A stretch of DNA of 64,000 bases from Octopus vulgaris (GCA_951406725.2 OX597816.1:112778001-112842000); one strand, 5' to 3'. Positions 25,556-39,168 are shown, counted from the stretch's first letter. Numbers and translations: made by a program. Notes: generated by a model from the sequence alone, not told the origin.

Positions 25556-26089
25556 CCCTTCAGCATTTAAATCAGTCATATTCGGCCAAAATATTTTACC
25601 TATCATAAATTTGAACTTACTAGATCACACCTACCCTGCAATATCATTTTAAAAGTAAACAATCCCATCATCAAAATCTCAGTTCCAAGATTTATTTATG
25701 CACCCTTTTCAAGCCTAGCCAGACTCATGGGCCTGGTTTCTGTGGCGTATGTGTTCCCCACCAGCTGGACGGGATGCCAGTCCATCGCAGCATTTCTCAA
25801 GAATCAGGAAGAAAGAGTGAGAGAAAGTTGGGGGCGAAAGAGTACAACAGAGGTTGACACCCCCCCCCCCCCCCTGCCGGAGCCTCATGGAGCTTTAGGT
25901 GTTTTCGTTCAGTAAACACACACAATGCCCAGTCTGGGAATTGAAACCATGATCCTCCAACTGTGAGTCCGCTGCCCTCACCACTGGGCCATTGCACCTC
26001 CACAGCAGCTCCAAGATAATGCTTGATTAATTCAAACATTGTGAATAAATAAGCATTACATTTGACTGAATAATCTGAATGTTAAAGGG
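25556..26089. mobile_element. piggyBac-like MITE with a nested SINE-D
   Basis: TTAA at 25552-25555 and 26090-26093. TIRs CCCTTCAGCATT and AATGTTAAAGGG. A second partial copy lies at ~50968-51125 in reverse orientation. Confidence 0.85.
25692..26005 (-). mobile_element. SINE-D, full-length, tail type 2, with 12-bp TSD
   Basis: TSD cagttccaagat (25680-25691) and cagctccaagat (26006-26017). Head is homologous to the 2062 copy. Confidence 0.88.
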
Positions 26090-26556
26090 TTAAATTGATG
26101 CAACATTTAGTTGGATAATCTTTTAACTAATTTTTATTCATTAAAAACTAAGTTTACTTTGTGTACCACATCCCTTTTCAGATGTAAATGCTACAAAGTA
26201 TTCATACTGATATGCACAGATGCCTGCACATACAGCACCCAAACACTCAACACACAGAAACACACATATATGTTCCAGATAACTTTAGCCTCTTGTACTA
26301 CTAGCCATCTCTCTCTCTCTCTCTCTCTCCCCCCTGCCCCTCTCTTCCTCCTTTCACAACAGGATGTCCACAGTGTATGTAGGCATGCATGTGTGTGTGT
26401 GCATGGATATTACCTTACCTGAAAACGTGAGGGTCAATGATAAGAAGGGCATTCAGCTATAGGAAAATCTGTCTGAACAAATTCTGTTTCCTTTTCCATG
26501 CAAGCATCGAAAAAGCAGACATTAAATGATGGTTACAACATATATGTATGTGTGTA

Positions 26557-26609
<53 letters not shown>

Positions 26610-26703
26610 ACAAAGGGTGAAATTAATTAATTAAGAAGTAATTAGTAATATCACCAAGTAGCATTCGGCATGAAAAAAGACCATTCTATGGTAAGTTTAA
26701 GTA

Positions 26704-26840
26704 ATACTATATAATTAGGGTTCAGCAATGATTAGCTTCACCACACACCGAAGTTGTGCTATAGCTAGGATTTTGACTGCTATTTCTAAACTTCAGTGTG
26801 TGGTGAAGCTAATCGTTGCTGAACCCTAATTATATAGTAT
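26704..26840. repeat. Near-perfect inverted repeat (52-bp arms, 33-nt spacer)
   Basis: 26704-26755 versus 26789-26840, with 2 mismatches. Confidence 0.95.
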
Positions 26841-26867
26841 ATATATATTGACAAAAATAAGTATGTA

Positions 26868-26898
<31 letters not shown>

Positions 26899-26930
26899 TG
26901 ACAAAAGTAAGAAAACAAAAGCAGTTTTAT

Positions 26931-26990
<60 letters not shown>

Positions 26991-27638
26991 CATACACACA
27001 CACACACAACAGACTTCAGTGTAGATTTTGTCTCACAAATTTCAATCTGTCATTAATTATCCCAAAACTATAGTAAAAGAAACTTGTTCTTGTTGCCAAG
27101 TCATGGAAATGAACCATGTACTACATTCTACTGAACTGAACTTGTTGACCACACAGCCATGTCAGTACCTATATCGAAAACTCTAAATACTTTGCTTTAA
27201 AAAAAAAAATCCAAAAGTATGATATAATATACTAATCCTATGAAATTAAGTAGGTTTAATTACTTGATTAGTTCTAAATACCTGACTGTTACTGGTTAAA
27301 GTATTAAATGATGCATATGGCAAGAGTTAATTAACAGTATGGTGGGCTCTTCAGAAACGATACATATGGTAAACTGCCAAGGTAAATAATTGGCAGAATC
27401 TAGCTAGATACTTCACTCTTCTAATGCAAATCATATTGTCTTTGATTTTTGTTTCTTCCAAATCAATCAAATAAATACCGATTATATTCTAATATTTTCC
27501 TTTGCTTCTTTGGTGTAGATTCATTTATCTAAAGAATAAAAAACACAATAAAAAAAATTCTCCCAAAACAAAAATTACTCTTTGTACCTGATCAAAAGAA
27601 GGTATTATTATGTATCTTCAAAAAAAATGTTGTGTGTG

Positions 27639-27670
<32 letters not shown>

Positions 27671-27928
27671 AATAGTAGTGCTTTATTTATATATATATAT
27701 ATAAATGCCACAATGATTGGTGGGTTGGAATAGAGATGTATCATATAATTATGGATGTGTGTTTATAGTAAACACACATTTTTAGCCTTACTGTGAAACA
27801 TATATTTTAATGTTAAAAGCTACATGCTTATTTATTTTATTGCTGTGACCTTGAAAAAGATAGTTGGACTAGATTCAGCAATCATTTACAGTTTCCTCAG
27901 AGGCAGGTTAAATATGTATAATATATAC

Positions 27929-27967
<39 letters not shown>

Positions 27968-27972
<5 letters not shown>

Positions 27973-28194
27973 CCCAACCAAGTGTGGTGTTCTATATGGG
28001 ACAATGCTACTGGTGTTTATAGCCCCAAGAAGACATCTCTTCCAGCTGGCTAACGACACACATTCTGTGTCCAATTAGTATTTGCAATCAGATGCAGAAT
28101 GTGTGTCATTAGCCAGCTTGAAGAGATGTGTTACTGGGGCTATAAAAGCCAGTAGCACTGTCCTATATAGGATGCCATACTTGGTTGGCAATTG
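27968..28194. mobile_element. Palindromic (foldback) MITE with TA TSD
   Basis: The whole 227 bp is an imperfect inverted repeat with a ~10-nt centre and TA on both sides. Confidence 0.85.
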
Positions 28195-28729
28195 TATGTT
28201 ACGATTCCATATTGCTACTGTTTACATCTCGCTCAGAGATTTAACATAGTATATATATATTATGAGGGGGTATGTATGCATGTGCACACACACACACCCA
28301 CACACACACACACACACAGACAATGGAAAGACATTCATGTGTTACTGTTGGTTAGCTCCAAACCAACCTTCATGAAATAGATCTCTGGTCTCAAAGATTT
28401 TTATGTCTTGTACTTTTACATTTTATCTTTTTCCCAAGGCATAGGATATACATGATTAAATTCTATTTCAAGACAGTAGGGAGTGATTAAAGGGAAATCT
28501 GGGTATTTAACTATTATTTCCTTTACATCATTCCCTGGGCCTTCAGTTGGGTCTACTTAAGGAAGTCCCTCTGTCTACCAGGCATTCTTTCCATTGAGTA
28601 ACATCTCTTAGTAATTTCTTAATCTCAGCAAGGACAAGTCTACTATTGTTATTAATTATGCACTACTTGTTAAGGATATCTCTACAAATATTTTATAGAA
28701 ATTATAAGTCATTTGTAATTAAGCACTGT

Positions 28730-29595
28730 TTCATTGATGACAGCCTCAGTTGCACTAGGACACTGCTTCACAATCCAGTACACCTTGCACCTTTGCTTGT
28801 GTTATAGAGTATTAGCTTACTTCTATGACTGCTGCCCCCCCCTACTCTTGCAACCCACTGAAACACTCATCATAATCATCTCTCTCACTCATCTTTCCTG
28901 GCATACTTACCATCATTACTAATCTACTACTTTTCATACCCATATATTATTGATCATCCTACCCTTCCTCTACAGCTTTCCTCAACACTTTCCAATCTCC
29001 ACAGCTGTCACCTACTCTTGCCGACCTCCTCTTGTTACCATGGCATGCAACACTTGTTCTTCATTATATTCGCTATTTCACTCATTCTCCATCTCTCACT
29101 TTCCTATAGACTCTCAGAACTTCTATCTTCCCACACTCCCAGTTCTTCTACCCTCATTCCTTTTTTTACTTAACTCATACCTTCAGGGTCTAGACAGACA
29201 CCTCATCACCATTATTTTATCTCTTCCCCATTTCACTTTTCATCATCAGCCTCACCCTCTCTTCTAAAATGTAAGAAGCCATGTGCTGTTGAGTAGCCCC
29301 AACAGCAAGAAATCCATTTCTGCTCTGGCCCCCTTCACTAATACACTAACTTCCACTTCATCTAGGATAAAGCTGTCTCTCAGGGTTCATAGTCTTGCAA
29401 CTTGAACAACAACCTCACTAGTGCTTGTAGCATGAAAAAAAAATACCCAGTAGACACTGTAAAGTTGGCATTTGGAAGGGTATCCAACTGAAGAAACTAT
29501 TCCAAAGTAGACATTGGAGCATGATGCAGTCCTTAGACTCAATGGATCCTTTCAAACTGTCCAGCTGATGCCAGGGATATTAAATGATGATGGTG
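28730..29595 (+). mobile_element. Degenerate non-autonomous element: C/T-rich body plus RTE-type 3' tail
   Basis: The 3' part (29390-29595) matches the RTE tail family. The body resembles the reverse of 13590-14120 in composition. Confidence 0.45.
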
Positions 29596-32163
29596 GTTAT
29601 GAGCTGATATCTAGCATTCCTAAATGCATAATAATATTCTTTGCTTCCTCCTTTCTACCATTCTTTCCTGACTCATCTGTTACCTCTTATGGCACATTCT
29701 ACCATACCATTCTATGACTAAATTGTCCTTCATTCACATATCTAGTTTCTGGCTTGCAGCCAGTTGTCTCATTGAAACTCTTGTTATAGGTCTCTATCTC
29801 ACACTAGTTCTTGATGTGTTCTTTAACCTATGTCTAGCTGAGAGAATCTTTAAGTTTTCTTAGCTCTTTTCTCAGATTGTCTCATGTGACTGAGACTATC
29901 TAGCACTTACTCTGATACTACTTGTCACTAGTCTATGTTGAGTTGTACGTCCTTCACTCGAGGGAAAACTTAGTATTTACAACCACTCATCTATCCAGTT
30001 TCTTGGTGACTATGATATCTATATGGCTTGTGGGTTTGCCTAACTAGTAGAGGATCAGATAGCTGCCTCAAATCCCAAAGTTGCAGTTGCAAATGGTAAA
30101 GTGAACCAGGTATTTGCTTCACAGAATTGTAAGATGTATGTTTACTCTTCTGTCCATTTACTATAACCATAACCAATTATTCCATGTACATTGGAATAAT
30201 TGTAATGGTGTTAAAAAAAATGCTCATTAAACTCAACAGCCATAATAAAGAGTTTATTATTATTATTGTCTATTATTGTGGTAGTCTACAAGAGAACTTC
30301 ATAAAAACAGTTCTTTTGCATCTCTATCTATCTTAATCTTAGTATTGTTGCCTATTCAGTGTGTGGGAGCACGCCCATTTATGTATGTGTTTTGCTATCT
30401 GAGTAAGTGCACAACATCAGTGACTTTGTATTGAGTGAATCAAATGAATATATATATATTTATATATGTGTGTGTGTATACACATATGTGTGTGTATATT
30501 ATTATTATTATTTTTATTATTATTATTGTTGTTGTTGTTATTATTTATCAGAAGTCACTAAGTGACTAAAGAGCAAAGAGTTTGTGCATTGGCACTTACC
30601 AAACTAGTTTCAAATCATAATTTGGAAACAGTTTGATCAGTACTAATAATAAGATGTGTGTGTGTGCATGTGTGCATGTGTGTGTGTGCACACTTACATG
30701 CACAGATATATATTTTATATTTGTTTAAATTCTTAGGCTACATTATGCTAAAACAGGCATTTTGCCTTATTTCTCTCACGAAATGCACCTAACTAATAAT
30801 GATAAATTTAACATTTTTCACTGTTATATAAATAAAACAAAAAAAACTATCTTCATATAGTTTAGCCCACCCTATTCCAACATTCAAAACCATAATAACT
30901 CCAATATTTCTGCCATTCTTTAACACATTTTCTTTTCCCTGTTCCCTGCACACTTTTGTTTCTCAATCTCAAAATTTTTTTCAAATTATTTCATCATATT
31001 TTCATATTTCCATATTTTATTGTTTCTCTCCTGTTTTGCCCAAAATTTAGTTGTTCTTTATAATGGAAAAATATTTTGTCAAAGTAGAAAAATCACAATA
31101 AGGATGATTATTATTTGAAGTTAGAAATTGAAAGTATTGTGCCTTGAAATGCAATTCTTAAATGGAATAGGATCTAACCATATCCTATTTCTGTTTTTGA
31201 TTGATTCTTCTCCTGCGCCGCATTAACCACCAAGTTTATAAGGACACAATTTTATCTACTATGAAATATATTTCTTGTTATTCCTTTCGAAATTCCTCTT
31301 TCTTCAATTTCTATTTATGTATGCATAGAGATATGCATGTTCTTAGATATCTATGGACACACATATGCACATACCCACATAGATGCAAGAATAAATTCAA
31401 AACTTATACATACATACATACACATGCTCATATACACACACACAAACGCAATACATATATGTATTATATGTAACATGCATTCACGAAACAGAAGACACAG
31501 TAAAAAAAGACAAGTAAAAAAAGTCCCTGAGAATTGCCACTGGTTTATTCAATACATACATCCATTCCAATTTCTTTTAATCTAGAATAAAAGGAACCCT
31601 ACATAGAAAGCACATCTGCTGAGAATCTTTTTTCTTTTTTTCTTTATTTCCAGTGGTTAAAATTTTTAGTTCATTGTTAAGAGCTTATGTAAAATTATAT
31701 AATATATTTCCTCTTCTTATATACTCTGGGAGAAAATTCTCTGCACTCCAAGCTATTATGACTCAATCTTAAAATCTTACCAGATCATGTGTGCTGTTTG
31801 TATTTCATTTTTAAGCAAGTTCTTTCTTTTTTTTTATCTATTTTCTTTGTGTGTTACTTTTCAGTTCACATCTGTGAGTTTTTATCCAAATATCATCTCA
31901 AGGATGCTGGAGTTATTTCATGTAATTTTCTTGCTTGGTTTTGACATTTTGCTGCATACTTTATTTCTTACCACATATCATCTTTCCGGATTATGTATTA
32001 TTTTGATATTTAAAAAAAAAAACATTCTGTTTTTCTTGAAATTGCTTTAAAATGCGTTATTTCTGTACTCTTTCATTGGTTTCACTCATTGCAATTTGGC
32101 CATGCTGGGGCACCACCTTCAATGGTTTTTGTACTTTGTAGAACTTATTTTATTAAAAAGCTA

Positions 32164-32381
32164 CAAGAGAGTGCTGAAAAGTTCCTGGCTTTGAGTAAAA
32201 GAAAATACGGGAAGATCAGTTAATTATGATTTTATTCAGCATATTCCCCTGTCAGATTTACACACTCATTGCAGCAATCTTTCAGTTTTTCTAAACCTTG
32301 TAAAAAAAACTCAGAAGATTGTTCCTCCAACCAGGCCTTTCACAATACCCTTAAAGCCAGGAACTCTTCAGCACCCCATTG
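32164..32381 (-). mobile_element. Mariner-derived MITE (~218 bp), copy 1
   Basis: TA TSD. TIR consensus CGAGGGGGTGCTGAAAAGTTCCTGGCTTT. Retains the transposase C-terminal codons. Confidence 0.9.
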
Positions 32382-32504
32382 TATTTATCAAATTGCTAAG
32401 TATATCTAAGACATGTAACTCAGTAGCCTAAAATACCAACAAGGAATCTTCAATACTCTAAGTTATTTACCATTTCTTTGCTAATAACACGCACATACCA
32501 ATGT

Positions 32505-32698
32505 GCACACAGTGCTGATGTCACATAAAAAGCAACCAGCTCACCTTGTGGAGTGGTTGGCATTAGGAAGGGCAACCAGCTGTAGAAACCATACCAAAAC
32601 AGACAATGGAGCCTGGTGCTGCCTTTGGCCTTACCAGCTCTGGTCACACCAACCAACCCATACCAGAGTAGGAAACTGACATTAAATGATGATGATGT
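32505..32698 (+). mobile_element. RTE 3' tail fragment
   Basis: …gttggcattaggaagggcaaccagctgtagaaacc…gacattaaatgatgatgatg. Confidence 0.75.
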
Positions 32699-33842
32699 TT
32701 CCACCTATCAAATTTCCCTTCCAAGACATTGGTTAACCAAAGTGCTGTACAATAGGCATGAACCCAGAATCACACATGGTTGTAAAAGGAGCTCCTTAAC
32801 CATATGGTCATGCCTGTGCAACTGTTGCTTAAATATTTATAAAATTCATAAAGTTGCTATTGAATTAAAGCTTCCAATTCATTTTTCATTTCAGATGTTA
32901 TTGAAAGCCTATACTTTTAATACTAAGATTGAACATCATTATTTCTCTGATTGGCACGCTCCTTATTTCTATTCATTATTGTTCTGGTGATCAGCTGCCT
33001 AACTGTCCAGATGACCATCAGTCTAATTCCTACTATTATCTGAACACTCATTTCATGCTTGTTAATCTAATTCTGGTCAACAGAGATTTATTTTTCTCTA
33101 ACATTATTCGAATGTCAGTGGAGACAATACTTACTGATAAGTTTACATCCATTATCTTTCTGTTGTAGTTGAAAATTAAATATCCCCCAGACACTTATCT
33201 CTCTTGATAGTTATTAAGAGAGATTGAATGGAAAGTTGTCAGCTCCCATAATTTTAAACAACTAAAGTGAAGCAAATGAATTTGACCAATATTTATATCT
33301 TTTTTTTTAACATACTTAACAGTTAGATTATTAAAATATTGCAATGTAAAATACTTTTAATTCTCAATAGATTTGAAAATGCAATAAAAGGAAGATATAG
33401 TCAAGCTACCAGCAAAAAAAACTAGATGTAAATTAAATTCATATTTATTGAAGTCTAATCTTAAATGGAACTAAAAAAAATTTAGATTTATATTTTAAAT
33501 ATATTTTCAAATCAATTACATACAAATTGAAATTTACTGGAAAATGTTTTTAGCCATACCAAAGGCTTACTTTGCGATTTTGTGTAATACAAAGTCATTT
33601 GAGTTCATATTCTGTTTCATTCAAAAAATTTTTTAGATACCTATGCAAATTTTTTTAGCCACACACATATATCAATACAGTGTTAAACGAGGAAAAAAGA
33701 GTTCTCAATATATTATTAGAGATTAACATATTTTATTTCGGTTAAGTTAGTCTCTTGCTACTCTTGAGTATCATCTGTGGGTGCACAGGAACTTCAGACT
33801 TGCCTGAAGATTCTGTGGAACTCATAGTAACATAAGACTGAT

Positions 33843-34133
33843 TGCATGGCACCTTAGACAAGTGTCTTCTACTATAGCCCCGGACTAACCAAAGCTTTGT
33901 GAGTGGATTTGGTAGATGAAAACTGCAAGAAGTCCATCGTGTGTGTGTATGTATTTGTGTGTCTGTATTTGTCCCTCCACCATCACTTGACAATCAATGT
34001 TGGTATGTTAGTTTGGCAAAAAAGACCTATAGAATAAATACTAGGCTTACAAATTAAAAGTCCTGGGGTCAATTTGTTTGACTAAAGACAATGCTCTAGC
34101 ATGGCTACAGTCATGACTGAAACAAGTAAAAGA
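33843..34133 (+). mobile_element. SINE-A, 5'-truncated
   Basis: Aligns with 11920-12240. Confidence 0.85.
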
Positions 34134-34148
34134 ATATATGTATATATA

Positions 34149-34213
<65 letters not shown>

Positions 34214-34345
34214 GCATGTGTATATATATATATGTATATGTATATATATATATACATGTATGTGTGTGTGTATATATATATATATATACATGTGTGTATA
34301 TATATATATGTATATATATGTGTGTGTGTGTGTGTATGCATGTAT
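34134..34345. repeat. Compound (TA)n/(TG)n microsatellite
   Basis: Direct read. Source of six spurious ORFs in the track. Confidence 0.95.
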
Positions 34346-35280
34346 CATGGTGGTGGACATCCCTCTCACAACCCACAGGTGAGGACCCTGTAACTTCTAG
34401 CTATACATTAGATTTATGGAGAAAAAAACTGAAACTAAAATAACTTCAACAGAATCAAAGAATTTAATTAGTATAACAGAGAATTTCAGTAACATGATAC
34501 AGCTGTTTACTTTGGAATATATTTCTCCAACAATCTGTTCTTATGATTTGGATTTGCTGTTGGATGAGTAGGTTGTGGGGAGGGTTGTACTGAGGAGGTG
34601 GGGGCTAAATTAAGAAAGAAGAAAGCTTGGTGTTCTGGTCAACTTCCTTCCCAAGCTCTGAGTAGGAAGAAACCACAGCAAATATGTATTAGATCACTTT
34701 TACATTGAGTCTCATTGTCCTTTCAGAATGCAGCCTGAATCTAAAAGAGACTATGATGTAAAGAAGGAAAAATAAAGACAAAGAGAGAGGAGAAAATTAA
34801 TATAACACAAAATACATATTAAAATATACATGTTTATACAAAATGTTTTATTTCAAAGTTTTACCAAAAGCAGAAAAGCAATTCCTATGACAATTTTTGA
34901 TGAGCCCTTGAGACTACAGGTATCACGAAAGGGATAAATAAGCCAAGACTCGTGGGTTGCTGCGACCTAAGGCAACTCATTAAGACATTGAATTATCCTC
35001 AGTCCACCAATCCTAGTTTGAATCCTTGCCTCCACTAATGTTGTCCAAAGGTCAGGTGGCAGTGGCGGTAGCAAACTGGGTGATGTATTCTGTCCACTAC
35101 TCGAGTGTTTCGCAGATATTATCAGCTTGATATACATTTATTCTAAAATTATCATGAACAAATACATGGAAGATAGGCCATATAAAGTATTTTCATAAAG
35201 CAGTATTGAAAATAAAGATGGCAGGAAAGCTCTTTCTCTTACTCTCTCTGTCTCTTCTCTTCCACTCTGTGTGTGTATAT

Positions 35281-35324
35281 GCACACACACACACACACAT
35301 ATAGATATACACATATGCAAACTT

Positions 35325-35410
<86 letters not shown>
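35281..35410. repeat. (CA)n/(TA)n microsatellite
   Basis: Direct read. Confidence 0.95.
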
Positions 35411-35414
<4 letters not shown>

Positions 35415-36147
35415 TTGTAATACTGGTACTCTAATTTTGTCTGTACGTCAACAGACATTGAGAAAAGTTTATGTTTTATGAGGTTCTCTAAATGGCTATC
35501 TAATGTTTGACAACTTTCTTTATGGCACTTCGTGTAGGATAATATGTTTTGATTTTTTTTTTTAATTCATAGTTTTTAACAGTAGTAGTAGTCGTAGTCG
35601 CTGTCATAGTCCACAAAGAATCAACATAGACAAGCCTTGACCTGTCTTGTTGAAAAGTCAGTGCTTCTTAACCTTGCAACTCCTAATACTATTCGCTCCT
35701 GTATTCTTTTTCTTTCCTTATGTCTATCTGTCTCCTTATTATTTTAACACAGTGAATTTCTTTATTCCTTATGGAGATTTTATGTAAGGTAATATAGTTT
35801 TCTTTTTTAATTCTGTATATTTTATTGTGTTTCTTAAGTTTCTCTTTTGTTTATTTTTTCTTCTACCATACTCCTATTGTTTCAATTTACATTTTAAATT
35901 CTTTTCACACAGATAACACAAGGATATACATGAAAGAGTTGTGAATGAATATGTGCATGCACAAACTCACTCACACACACTCACACACACACATACACAC
36001 ACACAGATGAGTGTATGTATTTCTCTATTTTTAAGAAGTTGTAACTATTCTTCAGTAAACTAGTATTGTAGCTAAAAGTTGTAACAATGGTTTTTTCCTT
36101 TACTGGATAGTTAAATGTGTATGTATGTGTGTGTGTGTGTGTGTGTA

Positions 36148-36295
36148 GGCATGCCTGCACATCAAAATGTTTGCTTCCCAACCACATTGTTTTGGGCTCA
36201 ATCCCACTGCTTGGCACCTTAGGGGAGAGTTTTCTGTAGCCTCAGGCTGACCAAAACCTTGTGAATGGATTTCATAGACAGAAAATATATAGGAG
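36148..36295 (+). mobile_element. SINE-A head
   Basis: Aligns with the head of the 11854 copy. Confidence 0.75.
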
Positions 36296-36570
36296 ACCAT
36301 TCACTGTGTGTGTGTGTGTCATCATCAATATCCACCTTTCCATGTTTGCATGACTCAGATTGAGTTCTTCCTGATGCCAACCCATACCTAGTTATTTGCA
36401 GAAAAGGTAAAAGTTTCCCACGGCTAGACATGATTTTCACAGAATACTGGAAATGAATGACAATCATTTAGAATAATCATTTACCACAATCACATGATAT
36501 CAAGACAGAGAGAGAGAAAGAGACATGCACATACACATGCATGCACGCATGCATAAATGTATACACAACA

Positions 36571-36720
36571 GCTTTCTTTCAGTTTCTGTCTAGAAAATAT
36601 ACTCACAAAGCCTTGGACAACCCAAGGCTATAATAGAAGAAACTTGCTCAAGGTGCCACACAGTGGGACTGAACCTGGAACTATCTAGTTGGGAAGTGAA
36701 CTTCTTCACTACACAGCCGC
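36571..36720 (-). mobile_element. SINE-A head
   Basis: Reverse complement of the 11854 head. Confidence 0.8.
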
Positions 36721-39168
36721 ACTTACACTTAATATTTGAACTGAGAACAATTTGGCACTTTTGTTATTGTAAAACATCCAAATAAAATTGTGCACCTACT
36801 GCAATGTCTTGTATAAAATTCTCTAAAGTATTGTCAGGAAATCTTGTAAAAACATGTTTAGGCAACAATATTGTTGTTGTTGACAATGATGATGACAAAG
36901 ATGCATCCCAGAGATGTTGTAGTTAAGCAAACCAAACTGTTGCAGTCATGTTCCCTTTTTTTTGTATATCTAGATAGAACTACATTATTAGAAAAGTTAA
37001 GAGCAATACTTATTGCCATTATCTGAACCTCAGAGATGGTAGAAAGAAGGGAGGAACTTCTCCTCCAACCAGAAACATATTCTAAATGTTTACACTAGAG
37101 TGGACTCTGTTAAAGGCACCTAAGGGTCAAAAGGTGGTGTTAAAATGGACAACAGTTTAAGCTTACCTTCTAAAATTAGAAATAAAAATGATCCACCAAT
37201 TGGCATACACTTCGTTTTTGTTTAACAAATTTAAAATCTCACTCAGAAAGCTTTCTTTAATCTGAAAGTATGACGAGATTGACCCAAGGTTCTATGTAAT
37301 GATTTCTTACCCCTACTCTTTTGCTTCTTTAGTAAGACAGTAGGGTGTGATTTGAGGAAATTCAGTTACTATTTCTAGCAGGCTGGGTGACTTTTTAATG
37401 GATTTGTCATTGAACAACAATGCCAAGTATTTAGGTGTGAAGAACAGAGAATTCTCTCTAATGTGAAGCATTTCAGTATTTGACATTTTAGTAAATTAGA
37501 AGCGACAGCTAGTTGACCAGAGGTGATTTCTTTTAGTTACATGGCTAATTGAGAAGGTTTCTACATTATAGTTTGTACAACAAACTGTCATGTTGAGAGT
37601 GTTTAATTGTTTTATTTAGTCACATAAAATGACTGTGCATTTACAAGTAACAGTAACCCTTGTATGACCATATTTCTTCTAATCATGGATAATATATGTA
37701 TTTATTTCAATTAGATTTCATGGTAATCAAAAGTGGTTTAGGAAGATAAGCATTAATATGTTTTACTTATTAGTTGTTGTTACTTAAGCACCAACTCTGT
37801 CTTATCAAGCATGCCTATAATTAAAAAGTTCCACTCAATATTACCACTTCTTTTTTGGGTTATGTAGGTAGGTGTAGAGTTTCCAAAGTGGCCTTGGCTA
37901 ATTTAACTTGGTAGGATAAATTTTTCAGGTATTTGGTTAATCTTTTTGACAAGTCAAGCAACTATGTAAAGACTCCTTCATTGGTTCATTTTGTTTATAT
38001 ATCTATATTATGTTATATATTGTTATATATTCTATTAAGCTGGTATTTGGAACACAACATTACAAATGATTCTCAGTCTAATATACAATATTCTTTTATT
38101 CTTGTTTCTATCATTTGACTGTGGCTATGCTGGAGCATTGCCTTAATATACTGAAGTTTAACAACAATATTTTAAATGAAATTTTAATTTAGCAGTGAAC
38201 ATATTGTTTTGCAGAGTGGTTTCATGGAAGATGATAACATCAAAACAGAGACTTCTCAAAAAAATTTGTATTAGTATGGTTGTTTTTTTGTTTTTTAAAG
38301 AAGTTAATTTTTTTTTGTTGGTCTTTCTAACCATTTATAAAGGGTTATGTCTAAGTTTAGGGTGATGTTTAAGAAACTAGTGAGGTTCATCATGATAGTT
38401 ATTTTGAATTTAGAAGTATTAGATATCTGTGTTAGATCCCACCTGAATCTACCTAGCGTAAGTTCATTCATGTCCTAAGATATAGCTAACCCATCATGTT
38501 TATATATATATATATATATATATACCAAAGTCTATAGTCATGAATTTTGTTAGTGAATGCATCTATAAAATACAGTACAATAATATAACTAACACAACCA
38601 ACTCCACCAGTCTAGATTTCGGCATATAACTGCAGAGTGAGACAATGCTTTTAAGCCTTTTAGAAAACCCATTGTAAAGCTAACATTTATTTTGTATAAG
38701 TAAGTGGCAAGCCTTCTATTCACAATAATGTAAAACTAACTTACCTAGTAAATAATATAAATAGGAAACAATCTACTTTCTCCTATAATAAGAATTCAAA
38801 AAGGCACTATGCTACAAGATAGCTCTAGAAGCCAACACCTTGAAAGAGGAAATCACATACAGGCAAAACACTCCATTGCAAAATTATAACAAAAGATATA
38901 TATTTCTGATTGTGTGTTTGTGTCTTTCACTGCTGAGAGTTGGTGTGGTTTGAGTAAGTCACTGTAACTTAACAGTTTGGTGAAAGAGACCAATAGAATA
39001 AGTACTGGGGTTGATATGATATACTAAACACTTCAAAAGTGAAAAGAGGAAAGAGAAAAGAGCGTGGGTGTGTGAATGAGTATATAAATATAGTACATTC
39101 ATAAATACATGTACATTCATGAAAATATATGTATATACGTTATATATGTATTTACACATTTTTATCTA

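Noticed and set aside
34047-34443. Six overlapping ORFs rich in YI/HT/CV (also at 318, 2609-2982, 26867 and 47243)
   Set aside because: Translations of stop-free microsatellites, not genes.
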